Counted from the stretch's first letter, positions 20,752 to 36,100 are shown. The stretch: 64,000 nucleotides of DNA from Setoptus koraiensis (GCA_048013815.1 CM106586.1:13268001-13332000), one strand, 5' to 3'. Program-made: numbers and translations. The notes: generated by a model not told the origin, from the sequence alone.

Positions 20752-21351
20752 GATAGACACAACAATAATTACTATGATAGCATTAATGACGCTTCGCTGT
20801 GGCAAACGAAGTGGCTTCCTTGGAATCCAATCTAACTAATAATGACGATATAATATTAAAGTAGCAATGATGGAGAAAATAGTGACACGGTAAACAAACA
20901 TTCATTCAAACGCGTCTAATTGAAATAAACGATTTCTCCATTCGTGCTCGGATAAACTGTGGTCGGTTGGGTACATGGGCGCGAAATTCAAAACTGGTGA
21001 ATATGAAATATTCACGCGTGAATATCCACACATCACCAACACTGATGCATTTGATGCGACGATAAAATATTGGCATATCGATAGATGAAGAAAGTAAACA
21101 TTTTTGGGCACATTTGCAAAAGATAGTCATAGGTTTAGTGTGGTTTATTTAACTAAAAGGATTATTTAATTGCTGTGTTCAATCTTTCATAACAATATAG
21201 CTTATATAAAGAAGTTTCAATATACATATATTGGTATATTGAGAGAATTATTTACAATTGATTACAGAACATGTACGAATTGTAGTTCGCATTATTGTTT
21301 TTCATTTGCAGGACAATTTTTTACTAAGGAAGTGTATGATATACCACCATC

Positions 21352-22207
21352 TCAATATGATGTGGCCGCTTGCAAATGTTGATGATTAGTATAAGAGTTC
21401 AAACTTGATCCAACTACACCGGAAGCAGTAGTGGAATGGTGCATGGGATTGACGGCCCAATATGAGGCCGCTGTAGTTGAGGCCGGCGTGACGGATGTTG
21501 TCGGTACAACTGAAGCAACTTCATTTTGAATTGAGTGGACTTGATGATGATGCTGATGATGATCATGAACATCAAGTTGCAATTGGTGTTGGTGTTGTTG
21601 TTGATGTTGATTGTGTTGCTGATGATGCTGCTGCTGGTGATGTTGATGGTGCATCTGATGATTCAATTGATGATGATGCTGTTGTTGAGTATTATTCAAA
21701 TCATTCAGATGTCCCGTCAACTGATGATGATGATGCTGTTGCAGTGGCTGATTTTGGTGGTGTTGGTGTTGTGACGATAGTGCGTCATTAGTTGATGAAA
21801 GGTGATTTTGTTGCTGATTTTGTAAAAGGTGAGATGCTTGTTGTTGAAGGTGATGATTATGGTGATTGTGATGCTGATGGTGATAGAATCCTGACGATTG
21901 CTGTTGCAACGAAGCAACTGCTGCAGGTGCCATATGAGATTGAATATTGTCAGAGGAAGATGATGAGGCCGATGATCGATCATATGTTAAATTAGCTTGA
22001 TTAGCTGATTGACCTTCATTGGGGCCTGTATTTGAGGGTGCGTCTGTTGGACTTGTTGAGTGACTGGTGGCGCTAGCTGTGGTATTATGAGCAATATGAT
22101 TGTGATTATCCACATTGTTGTTAGCTTGTTGACTATGTCCTTGCTGACTGACAGGTGAGTCCTCACTAGGAGGCGTAGGCATTCCACCCAGAGATTGTCC
22201 AACGTAC
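21352..22207 (-). CDS. opa: Zic/opa exon 3 ([18 protein letters not shown] plus His/Gln-rich tail, stop)
   Basis: Acceptor TATTAG|GTAC completes EWYV; the GMPTPP motif resembles invertebrate Zic C-termini; stop at 21354-21352. Confidence 0.85.
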
Positions 22208-25200
22208 CTAATAGTTGACAGAGCGAGAGAATACAAATAACAGTAGGTTAGTAATTGTCTTGTGCATTGTTGGTAGGTCAATAGACAATGATATCGTCAA
22301 CTTTGCTTCAGCTATTAAGTGTTTGGTGATGATGAAATACCTCCGGCTGAAGCTATGCCGAATGTTGTTCGAATTATGCAATGTCTGCAAACAGAATATC
22401 GAAAACAAAAGGCACGAGTTGTCCGCTTTGCCAAGCAGATAAAGAAGATTCGCGCCAGATAAAGAAAAGGTCGTCTATGCTCGTGATAAGTGAACTATGT
22501 GTCTATTATTGTATTAGCCAATAAAATAATTGTTAGATTTGCATTGAGACCGCAGTGGCACGTGATTGACACGATCGTTACTTAATAAGAAAATTCCGAC
22601 CACATCTACCGCTCATTGTTTCGGCACCACAATTTTTGATCTAATTTGATTGTCCAAGTGGCAATATGCTAAAAGACTAAAAATAGATCGGACTGCAATA
22701 ATTGTCACTGTGCCCAACAAGGTGCTCACAAACAAATGTGGATGTGGCAAAAGTGAGGGCCTGGCACATTCTTCATCTATAATACGTGAAGAATGATAAT
22801 GATCTTGTCAGTTTATATTGTGCTCACAACATTTTTCTCTGAAGGCACTCAAAGATAAAATGACAAGATCTCTGTCGGCTTGCATCGCACCTTGGCCTCA
22901 CGATCGTTGGCCAGATTGTTGGTTGTGGCAGTCGGCTCGAGCACAAAACTTTGCTCACATCTGACAACAAAGAGATTGCCTATTCTATTCTGGACACATG
23001 AGAGCGAATGTGCATTTGAGAGCGCATTCCAGAGAATAAGGGCATTTGTTTTTATCACGACAACTAACTAGCGCCGTGGCAATGCAATCGCAACCATTTG
23101 ATACAACAAGCCATTAGACATGACCAATATGACGTCGTGCTCTAGATAGAGGGCACTCTAGTTTGCATTAGGCACACATTGTTGCTGTCGTTGTTGCTGC
23201 TGTCGTTGTTGCTGTTGTTGTTGTTGCTGGCGCTGTTGATGTAGATGACATGTTGCCTTTTGGCGAGAGATGCATTATAATCAGCAGAATAGATTGTTTT
23301 AATCTAAAACATGTTATCATGATAACACGGCAACGCCAACAGAAAACAACTTTGCATGCCAGCAGCTTGTCAGGCAGTGTCAGACGCAACGCTAACGCAG
23401 CAATGTTAATAGACAGCGGACAGGTGAGATGTAGAGTGAGTTTTATAGGTTGCCGCTCGCTTGTCTTCTGCTTGACTGCTCGACTTGTCCACTGGCCGAC
23501 TGATTGCCGGGCTGCATTTGCATACTCATCTCGCTCGTTGTCGAGTGTGTCGAGACAACAACCGCCGCCGACCGGACCAAACCGACCGGACCAAACCGAA
23601 CTGACCAAACCGAACTGACCGGACCCGAGCGGACTGACCAGCGCGTGTGTCAATATGCGCTGTTTGGCGCCGGCAGACAACATGACAACTTGTTTGGCTG
23701 CCGCCACTCATGTTGGCCTTGTTGACCAACTGACGGCCGTCGCAAATACATTTAACAACAATTATGTAACAAACAAACAACATGTGTTTGGTGCGGGCCG
23801 GTGTCGTGCCGCCCGGCATATTGCTTTCTGTCACGCCACCTATGCGCCGGCACACGCATGATTCTAATTGATCACCTTGATTGAGCGGTCAGCATCGCTG
23901 CTGGTTGCTCACAATCAAGTCAGACACTGACCACGCCTCCTGCGCCGGTTCGCGCCGAGTGACGAGAATGGGTGGGCACCGCCGACTGGCCCGTTGTGGG
24001 TATCACCGACTGGCACATAGTATATATAATCGGTGGGTAGTGAGTAGCTAATGATGGGCTGGCGCCCGTGCGAGCGCGTGCCCACTCTCAACTGACCGCA
24101 AGAGGGGCGGTCAGTTGGCCATTTGGCGGTCAGTTGTCAAACTATTTCGTGATTAACTCGATTAAGTTGTGTGTGTGTGCACGCTCGGCCGTGCCAGCTG
24201 CTGGACACAGTAGCTGCGGCGACAGTAGCCACCATCTCAAGCTACTGGCTCAATTAGTTGATGGGCTGCGAGTTGCCGATACCGGCCGCCAGTGGCCAAT
24301 ATTGGTTGCATTTAACGTGCGCATGTTACACGAGACGCTCATCACGACGCTAAGAGCGAGAGGATTGACGGACAGGCACGCAGCCTTTGTTGGGGGCTGG
24401 CGCTCGGGCCGACGTTTCTGGGGCTCGCTGGCTGTTGGCTCGTTAATATCGCAATATCTTGGTCGTGTTGCCTTCGAATCGGCGACGCCGGCCAACCGAT
24501 GCCGACAGTGGGCTCACTGTCGATTCGAGTTGCTGTTCGTTCGTTCGTTCGGCCGGCCCGGCGAAGCGCCCGACCGCTCGGCGACGTCCGCCGGGCGTCC
24601 TCCGAGGCCGTCGCGCCAGCGACAGAAGCCACTGCGGCTCGCAGCGTCGAGTGAATGGCGAAAATGTGTTTTTCCGCCGCAAGTGGCCACTTACACTGAA
24701 ACGCGCACTCCGCGAATCGCACTCCGCGAATCGCACTCTGCGAATCATGCTCTGAGAATTGTGCGCGAAAACACCGGCCAAGAGCGACTGGTGGCTCGAA
24801 TTGCATGCTTGACTTTTTAACTACTCAATAAATTACTCTCGACTTGTTCCAGTTGCTGGAATGCGCGCTGTCGTTCGGCCGCAAGCTCGTTTGCTGTCCG
24901 CTCTGGTAAGGCTCTGGCGAAGTTGTGGCCGAGTCTGCTGCTAATCTGTTTCTCCGGTGAACTTGAACGACCACGACGACATAAACTTGATTTGATTTAC
25001 GCGACCACTTCGCCGGCTCGTCGTGCCATAACACACTCGCCTGTGTAACTCGCCGTATAAGTCGCCTGTGTAACTCGCCATATAACGCGCACATATAACT
25101 CGCCATATAAGTTGCCGTATAAGTTGCCGTATGAGTTGCCGTGTAAGTTGCCGTACAAGTTGCGGCCGCACGGGCCGCTGCAGTGCCGGCGCTGGCCGGC

Positions 25201-28200
25201 GCTAAATGGTCAGCTCAAGCGGGCCGGAGCGGGCTTTTTATCGCCGTCGGGCCGGCCCGCCGAGTGGCAAGTGCACAGGTGAGCCAGAGCGAAAGTGATA
25301 CAAGTTTCGGTCGCGGTTTCGGCTGCCGTGTCTCACGGCGCGTCGCGCCTCCGAACGAGCGCTCACCGGAGGGGCTCGACGGCGCTGAGCGCGCACTCAA
25401 TCTCAGCGCCGAACGCGAGCGCCGAACGCCGAACGCCGAACGCGAGCGCCGAACGCCGAATGCGAACGCCGAACGCAGCGGCGAGGCGCACGTTGCCAGG
25501 GCCAGCGGTTGTCGGTGGCGCTGGCGCGGCCGCGCAACACTGACAAACAACGGACGGGGCGAATCGGCGAATTCCACAGGTGAGAGCGTGAGCGGGCAAA
25601 TGGGAGCACTGACAGGCAACATTGTCGAGCGATTGTGCTGCCGAGGGATTGTGCTGGCGATTCGCGAGCGACAACCAGAGCGACGGGCACCAGATAACAA
25701 CAATCGTCGGGCAGTATTAATCATACGAGCACGCAGTTAACGGGCGCCCTCGGTGGCGACCTGTCAGTGCGCTATCAGTGCGGCATTCCTGGCATTGTTG
25801 GCCTCACTTGTTGTTGCTGGTCGCTCGTGGCTGGTCGCTCGTTGTTGCCGGTCACTTGTTGGTCACTGTTTGCTGGTCACTCGCTGGTCACTTGCTGGTC
25901 ACTTGTGCTGGTTCGATAGAGCCACTTGTGGCCGGTTTTATCGGGCTCGTAGCGGCGCACGAGCGTTATTAATTCTGTGCGAACCAAGTAACAAATTCTT
26001 CTCGTGCTCGCTTCTCGGCCACGAGAAACCATTTAAAATGGCAGCCACACGCTGGCTAATATTTGCTGGCCGACAGCTAATATGTTCGAATGGCGACCGC
26101 AATTTGCGCGCCGCCAATCGAAACGAACACGATTTTGCTGAGAAGCGCAAAACAATCGCGCTGCCAGCCCATCAGCAAATGGACACGCAGATTACGGTAG
26201 CGGCCATTGTGGCCAGTCCGCGGCGATACGTGCCGGCCCGGCTCATATCGCTCATTAATATTCAAGCCATCGATCGACATTCCGATGGTGGCTCGTCAGA
26301 CGATTAAACGATCGCTGGCGCTCGATTGGTGCCGCCAACTGGATAAAAATATAACAATTTCGCACAAATCTCAGCTTCACCTGGTGGCAGGCGCATCGAA
26401 TCGGCTGCCAATCGACCATTAGTCCGTCGATGGCAAGTGGCCGCTGGTCGCGCCATTAGCGTGAGCGATACATTTCGACAAGTGGCGGCCAAACAATTAC
26501 ATAATAATAATAACAACAACAAGCGACGAGGCGGCTCCGCTCAAACGGTAAGCGACAACGCGCTTATCGGGCCGCTAATCTATCTAATCTAATAATTGAT
26601 TGCTCGGCGCTTCTTAATCGATCAATAATCGCCACTGGCTCGCTGGCTCACTGGCCGCCGGTCAGCGCCGGCGAGTTCACCGGGCCAGTTTATCGGGCGC
26701 GTTTATCGGGCGCGTTTATCGGGCGCATTTATCGGGCCGGTTGATCGGACTTATCGGCGATCGGCACCGATAAACGACGATGCAGCCGATAAACGATACA
26801 AGCTCGGCGCGCAAGATGCGGCAACCGAATCGAAAGAATCAAAGAAAACGAAGCGGAGTTGTGTTACACAAGGGCCGGTCGAGTTGCAAGCGCCGATTGA
26901 GTTTTGCCTTATCTGGCTCGGGCATCTCGCCGGCGGATGGCGAGATCGTGTCGCAAGATGCTCGAGCCGCGCCGCTGCCAGACGGGCCGGCGTTCGCGAC
27001 GCTGCCAGACGGGCCGGCGTTTGCGACGCTACCCGACCAGCCGGCGAGGGGTCAATGGCACGCGGGCCTGCGTGTGAGCGCCACTCAATTTAGCCGACAG
27101 GCAGCCAATTAATGGCTGCGGCTTGTTGTTGGCGCAATCAACCTGTTGCCACAATCTGTCTCAATGGCTCACCTGAGTCTCTCATCTCTATATGCGGCTC
27201 TGCGTGTGTTTGCGTGACGGAATCTCGCTCGCAACACATCTCTATATTTTCGAATATCTATACATATTCGAATATAGATATTCCAAAGAGAGAGAGACAG
27301 ATAAGACGAGCGCAGTTTCGCTGAATGACATTCCTGTCTGCGGTCTGCAGCAGCCGTCTGCTGGCCATATAATGAGAACGAGAATGAGTAGCATTATATG
27401 GCCAGATTATCAATGATCAATTATCGCTGGTGACATTACAGCGAGAGAACGTCGTCATGTTTGTCGTAATAAGCTTGTTAATTGGACTCGGCCGGCCACT
27501 GCGCATTCGCAGCGTGCTTTGTGACGCTGTTGTGTGCCAGTCGACACTCAAACGAATGTACATTCCGACATTTTTGCAAGATCTAGCGCAAGATTAAATT
27601 GGATAAAATAATTGAGCTGTCTCTCGATTCGCTCGGCGTGTCCCATTGACAACTAGCTGCCGCTGGCTTCGGCGCTCGGGCCACGCCGACCTGAGACAGC
27701 GACGACGCTGTACGCGGCGCTCCGGGATATCACCTTGATTCGAGCTCGCAAATACTTGTCGCTGTCAGTGTAATTGCAGCAGCGCAAACGGCCCACGAAT
27801 CAGAGATTTCAGGCACGAGATAAACGAAATTAGCACCAATTTGGGCGACCGAGCGCCCGAAGTGCGACAAGTGCCGCCGTCGACCACCGCTTGATTGACA
27901 AGTCGACCGAGCGGCCACACTGCACTCTGCACTCCGCACTCTGCAGCCGGAGCCATTGAGGGAACCGCTCGGGCGCCCGGACGCGCCGAAGGAGCCGCTC
28001 GGACGCGCCGACGCTCCGAAGGACTTTGACTTTGAAGGAATCGTCGCTCGAAAGCGACAGTTGAGGCATGCGATATTCAGTAGTAATGACTCGGTATGAA
28101 AACTTACCATTCGCTCAGACCCGAGCAATTGGCCAGCCGGCCCGGGTGGCCCGTGTAGCCGAGCGGATCGCCCAGGCCAGAGGGCTGGGCGGCCGCTATT

Positions 28201-31200
28201 GCGGTTGCGCCCGAACTGGACGAGCTGGCCGTCGACAGGGACGAGGGTGACTTGAGGGCACTGCTGTCGTGCTTGCGGTTGTTTTGGGCCGGGCCGGCGC
28301 CGTTGTAGCCCGTGGCGCGGGTGGCAGCGGCCGCTGCGGCGCTCATGTGCGGGTTGTAGGTAGCGGCGCCATGGTAGGTGGCGGCGTGCGAGCCGGCCGG
28401 GTAATAAAGCGATTGCGCGTATTGTGCGCGCTGCGAGTGTGATTGCGCGTCCAATTGATGCTGCTGTTGTTGTTGTTGTGCGGTTGTTGCTGTTGCTGCT
28501 GCTGCCGATTGCCCATTGGTCAGTGTCACCAAATCGCCGGCCGCTTGCTCACCTGGCTTCGATATAGGCGACAGCGAGGGCGCCGACGAGGCCGCCGACG
28601 ACGACGACACCGCTCTGTTCAACCTTGAGGCTCGCGCGGATTTCTTGATTGTGCGTTTGCGCGAATTTTGATCACTTTCGTTTCGATTGTTGTTGTGTCG
28701 ACGGTGACGGCGATTATCGCCGTCGTTGTCGTCGTCGTCGTCGTCGGTCGTATCCTCGTCGTCGGTGCGCTCGTTGGCGTCGAAGGCGCCCGGCTTGCTC
28801 GCCAGCGAATCGTTGTTGTTGGATAGAGACGTCAGAAGAATGTCGGGCGAATTTGGTTGGTCTCTCGCTAATCTTTTCGAGTTGCTGTTGCGCCTCATAT
28901 AGGTGGCGGGTTGCGACGTCGATTTAATCGCATTAGCGGAGTCGTCGTAGAATTGGTCTAGAGCGCCGAATTTGTTATTGTTGGTGTTGTTGTTGTTGTT
29001 GTTGGCCTGCGAACAGGTTGTTGTTGTTGTTTTTGGCTCGTTGTGGTCGTCGGTCAATTCCTGCTTCAGCGTGCCCGCCGACTTTTTGCCGCGGCTTTGC
29101 TGCGGGCCGCTCATGGTTGCGTGCCGCTTGGCCGCGCCCGCGTCCACGCCCTCTTCATGCGGGCGCATTCTGGCGGCTTGTCGCGGCTGCCTGTGCTGCT
29201 GCTGATGATGATTGAATGATGATTGCGCCGATGAGCATTCGTCCTCGTGATCGCTGCCGCTGTTTGTGCCGCTAAAATCGCCCTCGTCCAGCTCGTCGTC
29301 GTCGTCGTCGTCGTCGCGCTCATCCAAGCCCCCATCGCCGGCCCCAGATAATCTCGTTGGCGACGGCGATTTTCCGTGCACTTTCATGTGCTTTCGCAGC
29401 GAACTCGGATGAGTGTAACTCTTATCACAGCCGCCGATTTTGCAATTGTACGGCTTATCACTGGTGTGAACATGCGAATGCTTCTTCCTATCCGAACTGT
29501 TGGCAAATCGCCTGTCGCAACCTTCGAATTCGCACTCGAACGGCTTCTCGCCTGTTGCATCGCGCGGTAATATTGCGCAATATTAACAAATTTGATTGAG
29601 CCGAATAAAGCCAGATTCGCGTTCGCACAGTGATCGCGTAGTTGTGCAGTGCCATTGCGTAATCGATTGCGAAGCGTGTTCGGTGGTGTGATTATGGCGC
29701 CGCAACACAATTGTGACGCAACGAGGAGAAGAGAAGAATTTCGGGATTATTATTTAGTAACGTATTAGTGGATTACGTTTGCTATGTCTTGAGCCGTCGC
29801 TCGCTCGAGATCGCTCTCGTTTTGCGCTGCTCTCAGTTGTGCTCGGTCATACGGTTTCTCGGCCGCTCGCTGCCTCTCATCTGCAGCTCGTCGGTGTCTC
29901 TGTGGCTGTTGGTGTTTCGCGTCGGGTTCGCTCGGGCGCTGGAGCTGCCCGCAGCGGACACGCCGGGACCGGGTTCCGGTTTGGTGCAAAGTTTGGTTTT
30001 GGGCCGCGCGACGAGCCGCAAAGCCAGCCTCGTCCACGGCCAATCCGACAATGGGACGCAGTTGCAGTGATAGCAGTGTGCGACCTCGACAATCTCGACA
30101 ATCCCGACAATGTCGACACGATCGACAATCTCGACACGATCGACGCCGACACAGGCGCACAGGTGAATTGCTGTGCCGACCGGAAGCGCAGCCGTGGGCG
30201 AAGTTGTCGCCGCGTTGCCACTTCGCAAGCGACTGCTTGTCGTCTGGCTCGGCTGCCCGTGCCCGCTCGGCACAGACTGCACAGACTCCCCGACCGCACA
30301 GACTCCCCCGACCGCACAGGCTCCCGCGACCGCACAGGCTCCCGCGACCGCACAGACTCCCGCGACTGCACAAACCGACGTGGACTGTGCACGGACTGGC
30401 TGAGGGGCGCGCAGTGTGCAGTATGATAGTCGTGCCGATTGCGCAAATCGACATGCCAGAGAAGCCAATAAACAATAAATCACTCGAGCGCCATTCATCA
30501 TTCGCAGGCGCGAATGAATGGCTCGCCGGCCTATAAATAGTAATAGTTATTTTATTTTTGTCGAGAGAGCAAACACAAGTTGCATTGTGCGCCGAGTGCC
30601 AACGACGCCCAACGGAAGGCAGCCCGCGAAACGAATAGACAGCGATGCAATTCGCGTTTTGTCACTAATCACCGACGCGCCGCCAGTCGGTGCGCCAGCC
30701 AGTTAGTGAGCCAGACAGCCAGCCATCAGCTACCTGTTCGCCGTTGTTGTTGCCGGTTGTTGTCGATGCTGTCGTTGTTGTCGGTTGTTGCCGGTTGTTG
30801 TCGATGCTGTCGTTGTTGTCGTTGGCAGGTTGCTGTTGTTGTTGTCGCTGGCGGGTTGCTGTTGTTGTTGTCGCTGGCGGGTTGCTGTTGGCAGCTCGAT
30901 CGGCTTGATTGGCAGAGAGCGGAACAGGCGAATTATGCAAATATAATTGTCTCTCTCGTCTCGCACAGCCAGCGCAACAGACGCAGCAGACGGCGCAGAT
31001 GCAAACAATACGCCGACAACGACACCGACACCGACAGCAACACCGACAACGACAACATCTCATCGCGGATAATGATTGACACGACAGCTCGCATGCTGTC
31101 GAATTTTAATGACTGACAAACGCCGTTTGCCGTGATTGCGTCGTCTAGCCCGGCCATGCATGCTCGATGGCTCGGAACAGGGATAAACGGCCGCTTCAAA

Positions 31201-33141
31201 TTGATAGGCTGTGTTTGTTTGGTTGCGTTTGCACTGATTAATTTGCATGAGAACAACAATCATTATCATTATTATTATCGTCGTACACAATCTACTCGCC
31301 GGCTCGACAAGCTCGAGTGGTTGGCGCTGTTGCGAGCAGCCGCTTGCGATTGTAAGCGATTTCTCGGGATGGCAACAACTATTTTTTCTTTTCTATTTAT
31401 CTCATCCAATTGTGTTTCTATTTATACACGGCTGGCACATCATCGTCAATCGTTAGTTAGTTGGTCGTGTCGTTTTTTGTGTGCAACTGCTTGCAACTCG
31501 ATCATTTGAGCATTTAATAGCCCCGCACTCACAGCGCCGTCTACTCATGACACTCCGGCTGAAATAAGAAAGAAGCAAGCAATTCTCATGAATACGACAG
31601 CCGCACTAATATTGTAATTCGATTTGCCATTCCAATAATAATTCTCGACTTCTTAATAACACAATTCATTCACCATTGTGCTACAGCGCCCTGAGCGCCC
31701 GCTCCACACAAGTTGTCGTCGTTTGCGTCATTTCGCTTCGCTCACTTATCGCTCGCCGACGGCTCGGCGTCTTTTAATCGATGTGTGTCGTTTTCGTCGT
31801 CGACGCAACAAGACGACTTAATCGAATCACTATTCGCGATTATAAACACAGCAGCGGCTTGTGTGTGTATAAATAATGACAAATACATAATGATGATTGT
31901 TTTTATCCTTCAGTCACATTTTCGCTGGCAACATTTGCCTGGCTGCGCCAATCGCTCGCAACGATCCGCCGACTGCCGGCTGCCGACTGCAAACCATTAA
32001 CTTTACACTGATACCCGCCGTAATGATTGTCGCCGGCACGCGGCTGGGGCCCGTCTAGCCCGTCGGCTGAAACATGATTGCGCCAGTCAGTTTATTATTT
32101 GTCGGCCACCATAATTCATTTCCGACGCTGTGCGCCCCGCATCCAGGGCCCCAAACGCGCCCCTGGTGGCGCGCCCATAAACAACCTTAACGCGAGCAAC
32201 CTTAACACGAGCAAACTTAACACGAGCAACCATAACATAAACATAAGCAAGCATGAATTTGTTTGCTCGTGGCCCCAAACAAACAAAACAACATTTCGGG
32301 CCGCAAACAATGGAGCGGGCACAGGTGCCCGCGACAGGCTTCATTAGCGGTGGTCGCTAATTATTGTTTGCAACACTTGTTTTGCGTTGGCTCGCATGTG
32401 AGCTCGCAGCCTGGCTGGCATTGCTGGCATATTTCGGTGGCGATGTTTCGACGCGATTGCTTCGAGCGTCGCTTCGAATCGCGATTCGCGACTTGCGACT
32501 CGAATGCGAAATCCGGTGGGAAAATTCCAATTGTGACAGGGATTCAGCGTTGCAAGAATAGGCAAAAATGGGCAAAAATGCTCGCCAAAGGCGCTGCCCA
32601 ATGGATTCCGTGAAACAATGCTGGAACAATGAATATTTGTTGCAATGCGCGAGTTTTGCACCAACCCCAACTTGTAAGACGAGCGAATAACGTGCCACGA
32701 GCTGCCACGAGCTGCCACGACGCACAGAAACACGACACATGAACGAGCGCATAAACGACGCTGGCGTTGGTCAATGGCGACCAGCAAACACAATCGACAG
32801 TGTTTAATTTGCATGCCAAATGGCACCTCGACGCGCCGGGCCGAAGCGACAGAATGTGTATCATTGTTGCAACAATCACAACACTGCCAGCCACAGCCAA
32901 CTGACAAAGACTGACAAAGGTAAATAATGATTATAACTGTTGTTGTGTTTGTTGGGTGCTTTGTGTGCTCGTGGTGGAGTTATTTGCATTGCTGCTGTCA
33001 TTGTTTGTTGTTGTTGTTGTTGTTTGGGCCAATGAATTGTTTTGTTTGTGGCGCATGGGCCAAGTGGCTGAACGCGGCCAAGCGCTGTCTGGCAGCAGTA
33101 AATTCAAATTGGCTTCTTCAATTACTGCGGCCACAACAACG

Positions 33142-33190
<49 letters not shown>

Positions 33191-36100
33191 CGCCAACAAC
33201 AATGGCCAGAGAGAATCGTTATCGACTGGCCGTCAACTGAGCGCTGTCCATCGATCGCGCAGTGGCCCGAGCTGCTCACCAGCGATGACCAGCGATGACC
33301 AGCAATGACCAGCAATGAACGGCAATGAACAGCGATGAACAACATCGAGCATTGAGCGCTGTCGACAGGCGCGAGAGTCCCTAAAAAACAACTCCAACAA
33401 ACGGGCCAGTCGAGCGGAGATTAACTCGATTGGTCATTTCAAGCGCCATGACCAGCGCCATTCACCTGAGCACGGACACTAAACACGAGTGGACAGGGGG
33501 ACAAGCGAAATCATGTCGCATTGGACAATGCCCACATCAATCAGTGCATCGCTGTAATGGATGAGAAGCGATAAAAAGAAAGCGAGAGACACAGACCCTC
33601 GAGACGACGCTAAATACCGCGCCGCTACATGCGCCCATTTAGCGCGTCGTTGTCTCGTTTGCTCGCCCATTATTCACATAACGACGACCGATCGACGGGC
33701 CGACGGGCCAACGGGCCGCTCAATCGGGGCACTGCGCCAGCGTGACCAGTGGGCCGGCTCACTCAATTGCCAGTCAATTTGCTAATCGACTGAATGGCAC
33801 CATTGACTCATTTGATGCGCCTGGCTCTATTCGGCTTCGATTCGAGTGGCGATCGCATTGGATTGTCGTGCGATTGCGCTCGGATCGTGTGACTGCATTT
33901 AGTTGGATTTGTTCGGATGGCAACGCTGATTCGACGGTGCAAGTGCACCGCAACCAGTGCATCTATCACCAGTGACGGCCGGTCAGCAAATTGGGCCGCC
34001 GCGTCAACGACAACAACGACAACAACGACACCAACGACAACAACGACAACAACGACAACAGCAGCAATAACAACGACCACGACGACGACACCGGCAGACC
34101 CGAACATCGGCGACGAGACGCAAACAACAGCTTTGCTGACAGCGACAATTAGCTGCGTAATTGCGAGCGCTGTAAGAAGTAAGAGCCGACGACAATTTGC
34201 ATGCACGTCGAGTGGTTATTTATCGGCTTGCACTTGTTTTGCGGTCGCTCAAAATCGCAGTGGCACTCGGAGCGGCCGCCCGAAGCCCGAGGCTCGCGGG
34301 AGCCGCACACTGGGCATCGCACCGATCTGGAGGCCGTCCAACTAAATGCCCGAACTGTCCAACTAAATGCCCGAACTGTCCAACGAAATGCCCGAGCTGT
34401 CCAACTGGACACCCGAAAGCCGCATCGGGCGCCGAGTGTCTAGTAGCCGGCAAGTGGGTCGTTTTGACAAGCATCAACTGTGCAGTGGCACACACAGTGA
34501 GCGACCTGTGTCGCGTTGCCGAATCGCTGCTTCGAAGCTTCTCCCGTCGGAGCTTCTCCCCCCGAAGTTGCCCTTTCGAAGCTTCTCTCTTCGAAGGGAC
34601 AAGCCCGAACGCTCGGCGGCCGCACGAGCGGCGTTGCACTTGCAGCGTGGAGATTGGAAAGCGCAAGTTGCAACTCGCAGCCAACGAAGCTCGAAGCGCC
34701 TGCGAAAGGCGGGCCAACAAAACACAAAACGAACGTCTTGCAAAGCGCTTCCAAATGGTGCCAGCGAACGCAAGGTCGTATGCAAATGCGAAACACACTG
34801 TCTGTTCATGGTTCGTTGGGTCCCGTTCGAAGAAGGGGGTGCAGTGCATTTTGTGCGTCGTGTGGCCCTTTGTCTTTCTGTGGCATTGCTGACACTGCAA
34901 AAAGATACATATTTTTCTGTAAAATACACTCACTTTGCTCGGCACACATGACAACACAACAATATAAACTCATATCTTTGGCGCATCTTTAGCATCTCGC
35001 ACGAGAACGCCACAATATACTCGAATGGCTGCAAATGGTCGCTTCGAACTGATTATACTGATTGTGGCCACGCTAATTGTTTTCGAATGGCCGCTGCCAT
35101 TCGAAAGTATCTGGCCAGTGCATGCAAATTAAAGACGCATCACCAACACAATATAATACAATACATGCCGAATTGCACCAATACAGTACGTGCACCAATA
35201 ACGCGCAAATACCAATACGGTGCACACAATCGATACTGCTCGAGCTGGCGCCCAGTTGGGGCCCGGCTCGGGCGATATCGGTGTGCAGTTTGGTGCCAGT
35301 GGAGCGAGTCTATTAGTGCCACTAACTGACACCACATACGCGCCAATGCGACGCACACTTTATTGCCGTTAATTCGCTTGTCAGTGATTATCTCGCATCT
35401 TTTGCAACTCTTTTCCAGTCGCTGCTTGTCCGACCTTCCAATTCGAGCTGCCGATTCGCGCTGCCGATTCGAACCTCGAACTGCGAACCTCGAACTGCGA
35501 ACCTCGAACTGCGAACCTCGAACTGCGAACCTCGAACTGCGAATTTCGAACTGCGAATTTCGAACTGCGAACAGCGAATTTCGCACACTGAACTCTGAGC
35601 CCCAATTTTCGAATTTCGAATTTCGAACTTCGAACGAAGTCCGTTCGCTGGGCCGCCAGCGCCGAGAGCGGCCAGCACCGACGCTGGCGGCATTTATAGT
35701 GCTGGCCGCATTGTCGCAATCGAATTGTCCGTGTCGATGCACAGAACATGCATTATTGCGCCATAATGATAATGACGCAATAATACATATGTAATGATAA
35801 CAACAAACATTGTGCAATGGCCACACTGGCCATTGCTGTTATATTGTTATATTATTATATTATTGTATCATTGTGTCATTGTATTATTATATTGTTGCAT
35901 GCATTCGGGCGGCTAGATGTGGCGCTCGAGCGCTATTCACTCGTGAATAGCTCTACTGGCCAATGGCGTAAGTGTCCTATAAAACCTGCTTGCATGCACT
36001 TCCTATTTGTTTGTTGCACGTCACGTTACGTCCTATATTACGTCACACTGATGTCGTGACTTTGGCCACTTTGCGTCAGACCTGCGTTGCACCTGACTTT

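Noticed and set aside
20902-21130. Two overlapping short ORFs between TAF8 and the Zic 3' end
   Set aside because: No recognisable family in any frame; probably the TAF8 promoter or Zic 3'UTR.
21352-22281. Apparent independent His/Gln-rich 309-aa gene
   Set aside because: It is Zic exon 3, since splicing restores EWYV; its listed N-terminal 25 codons are intronic.
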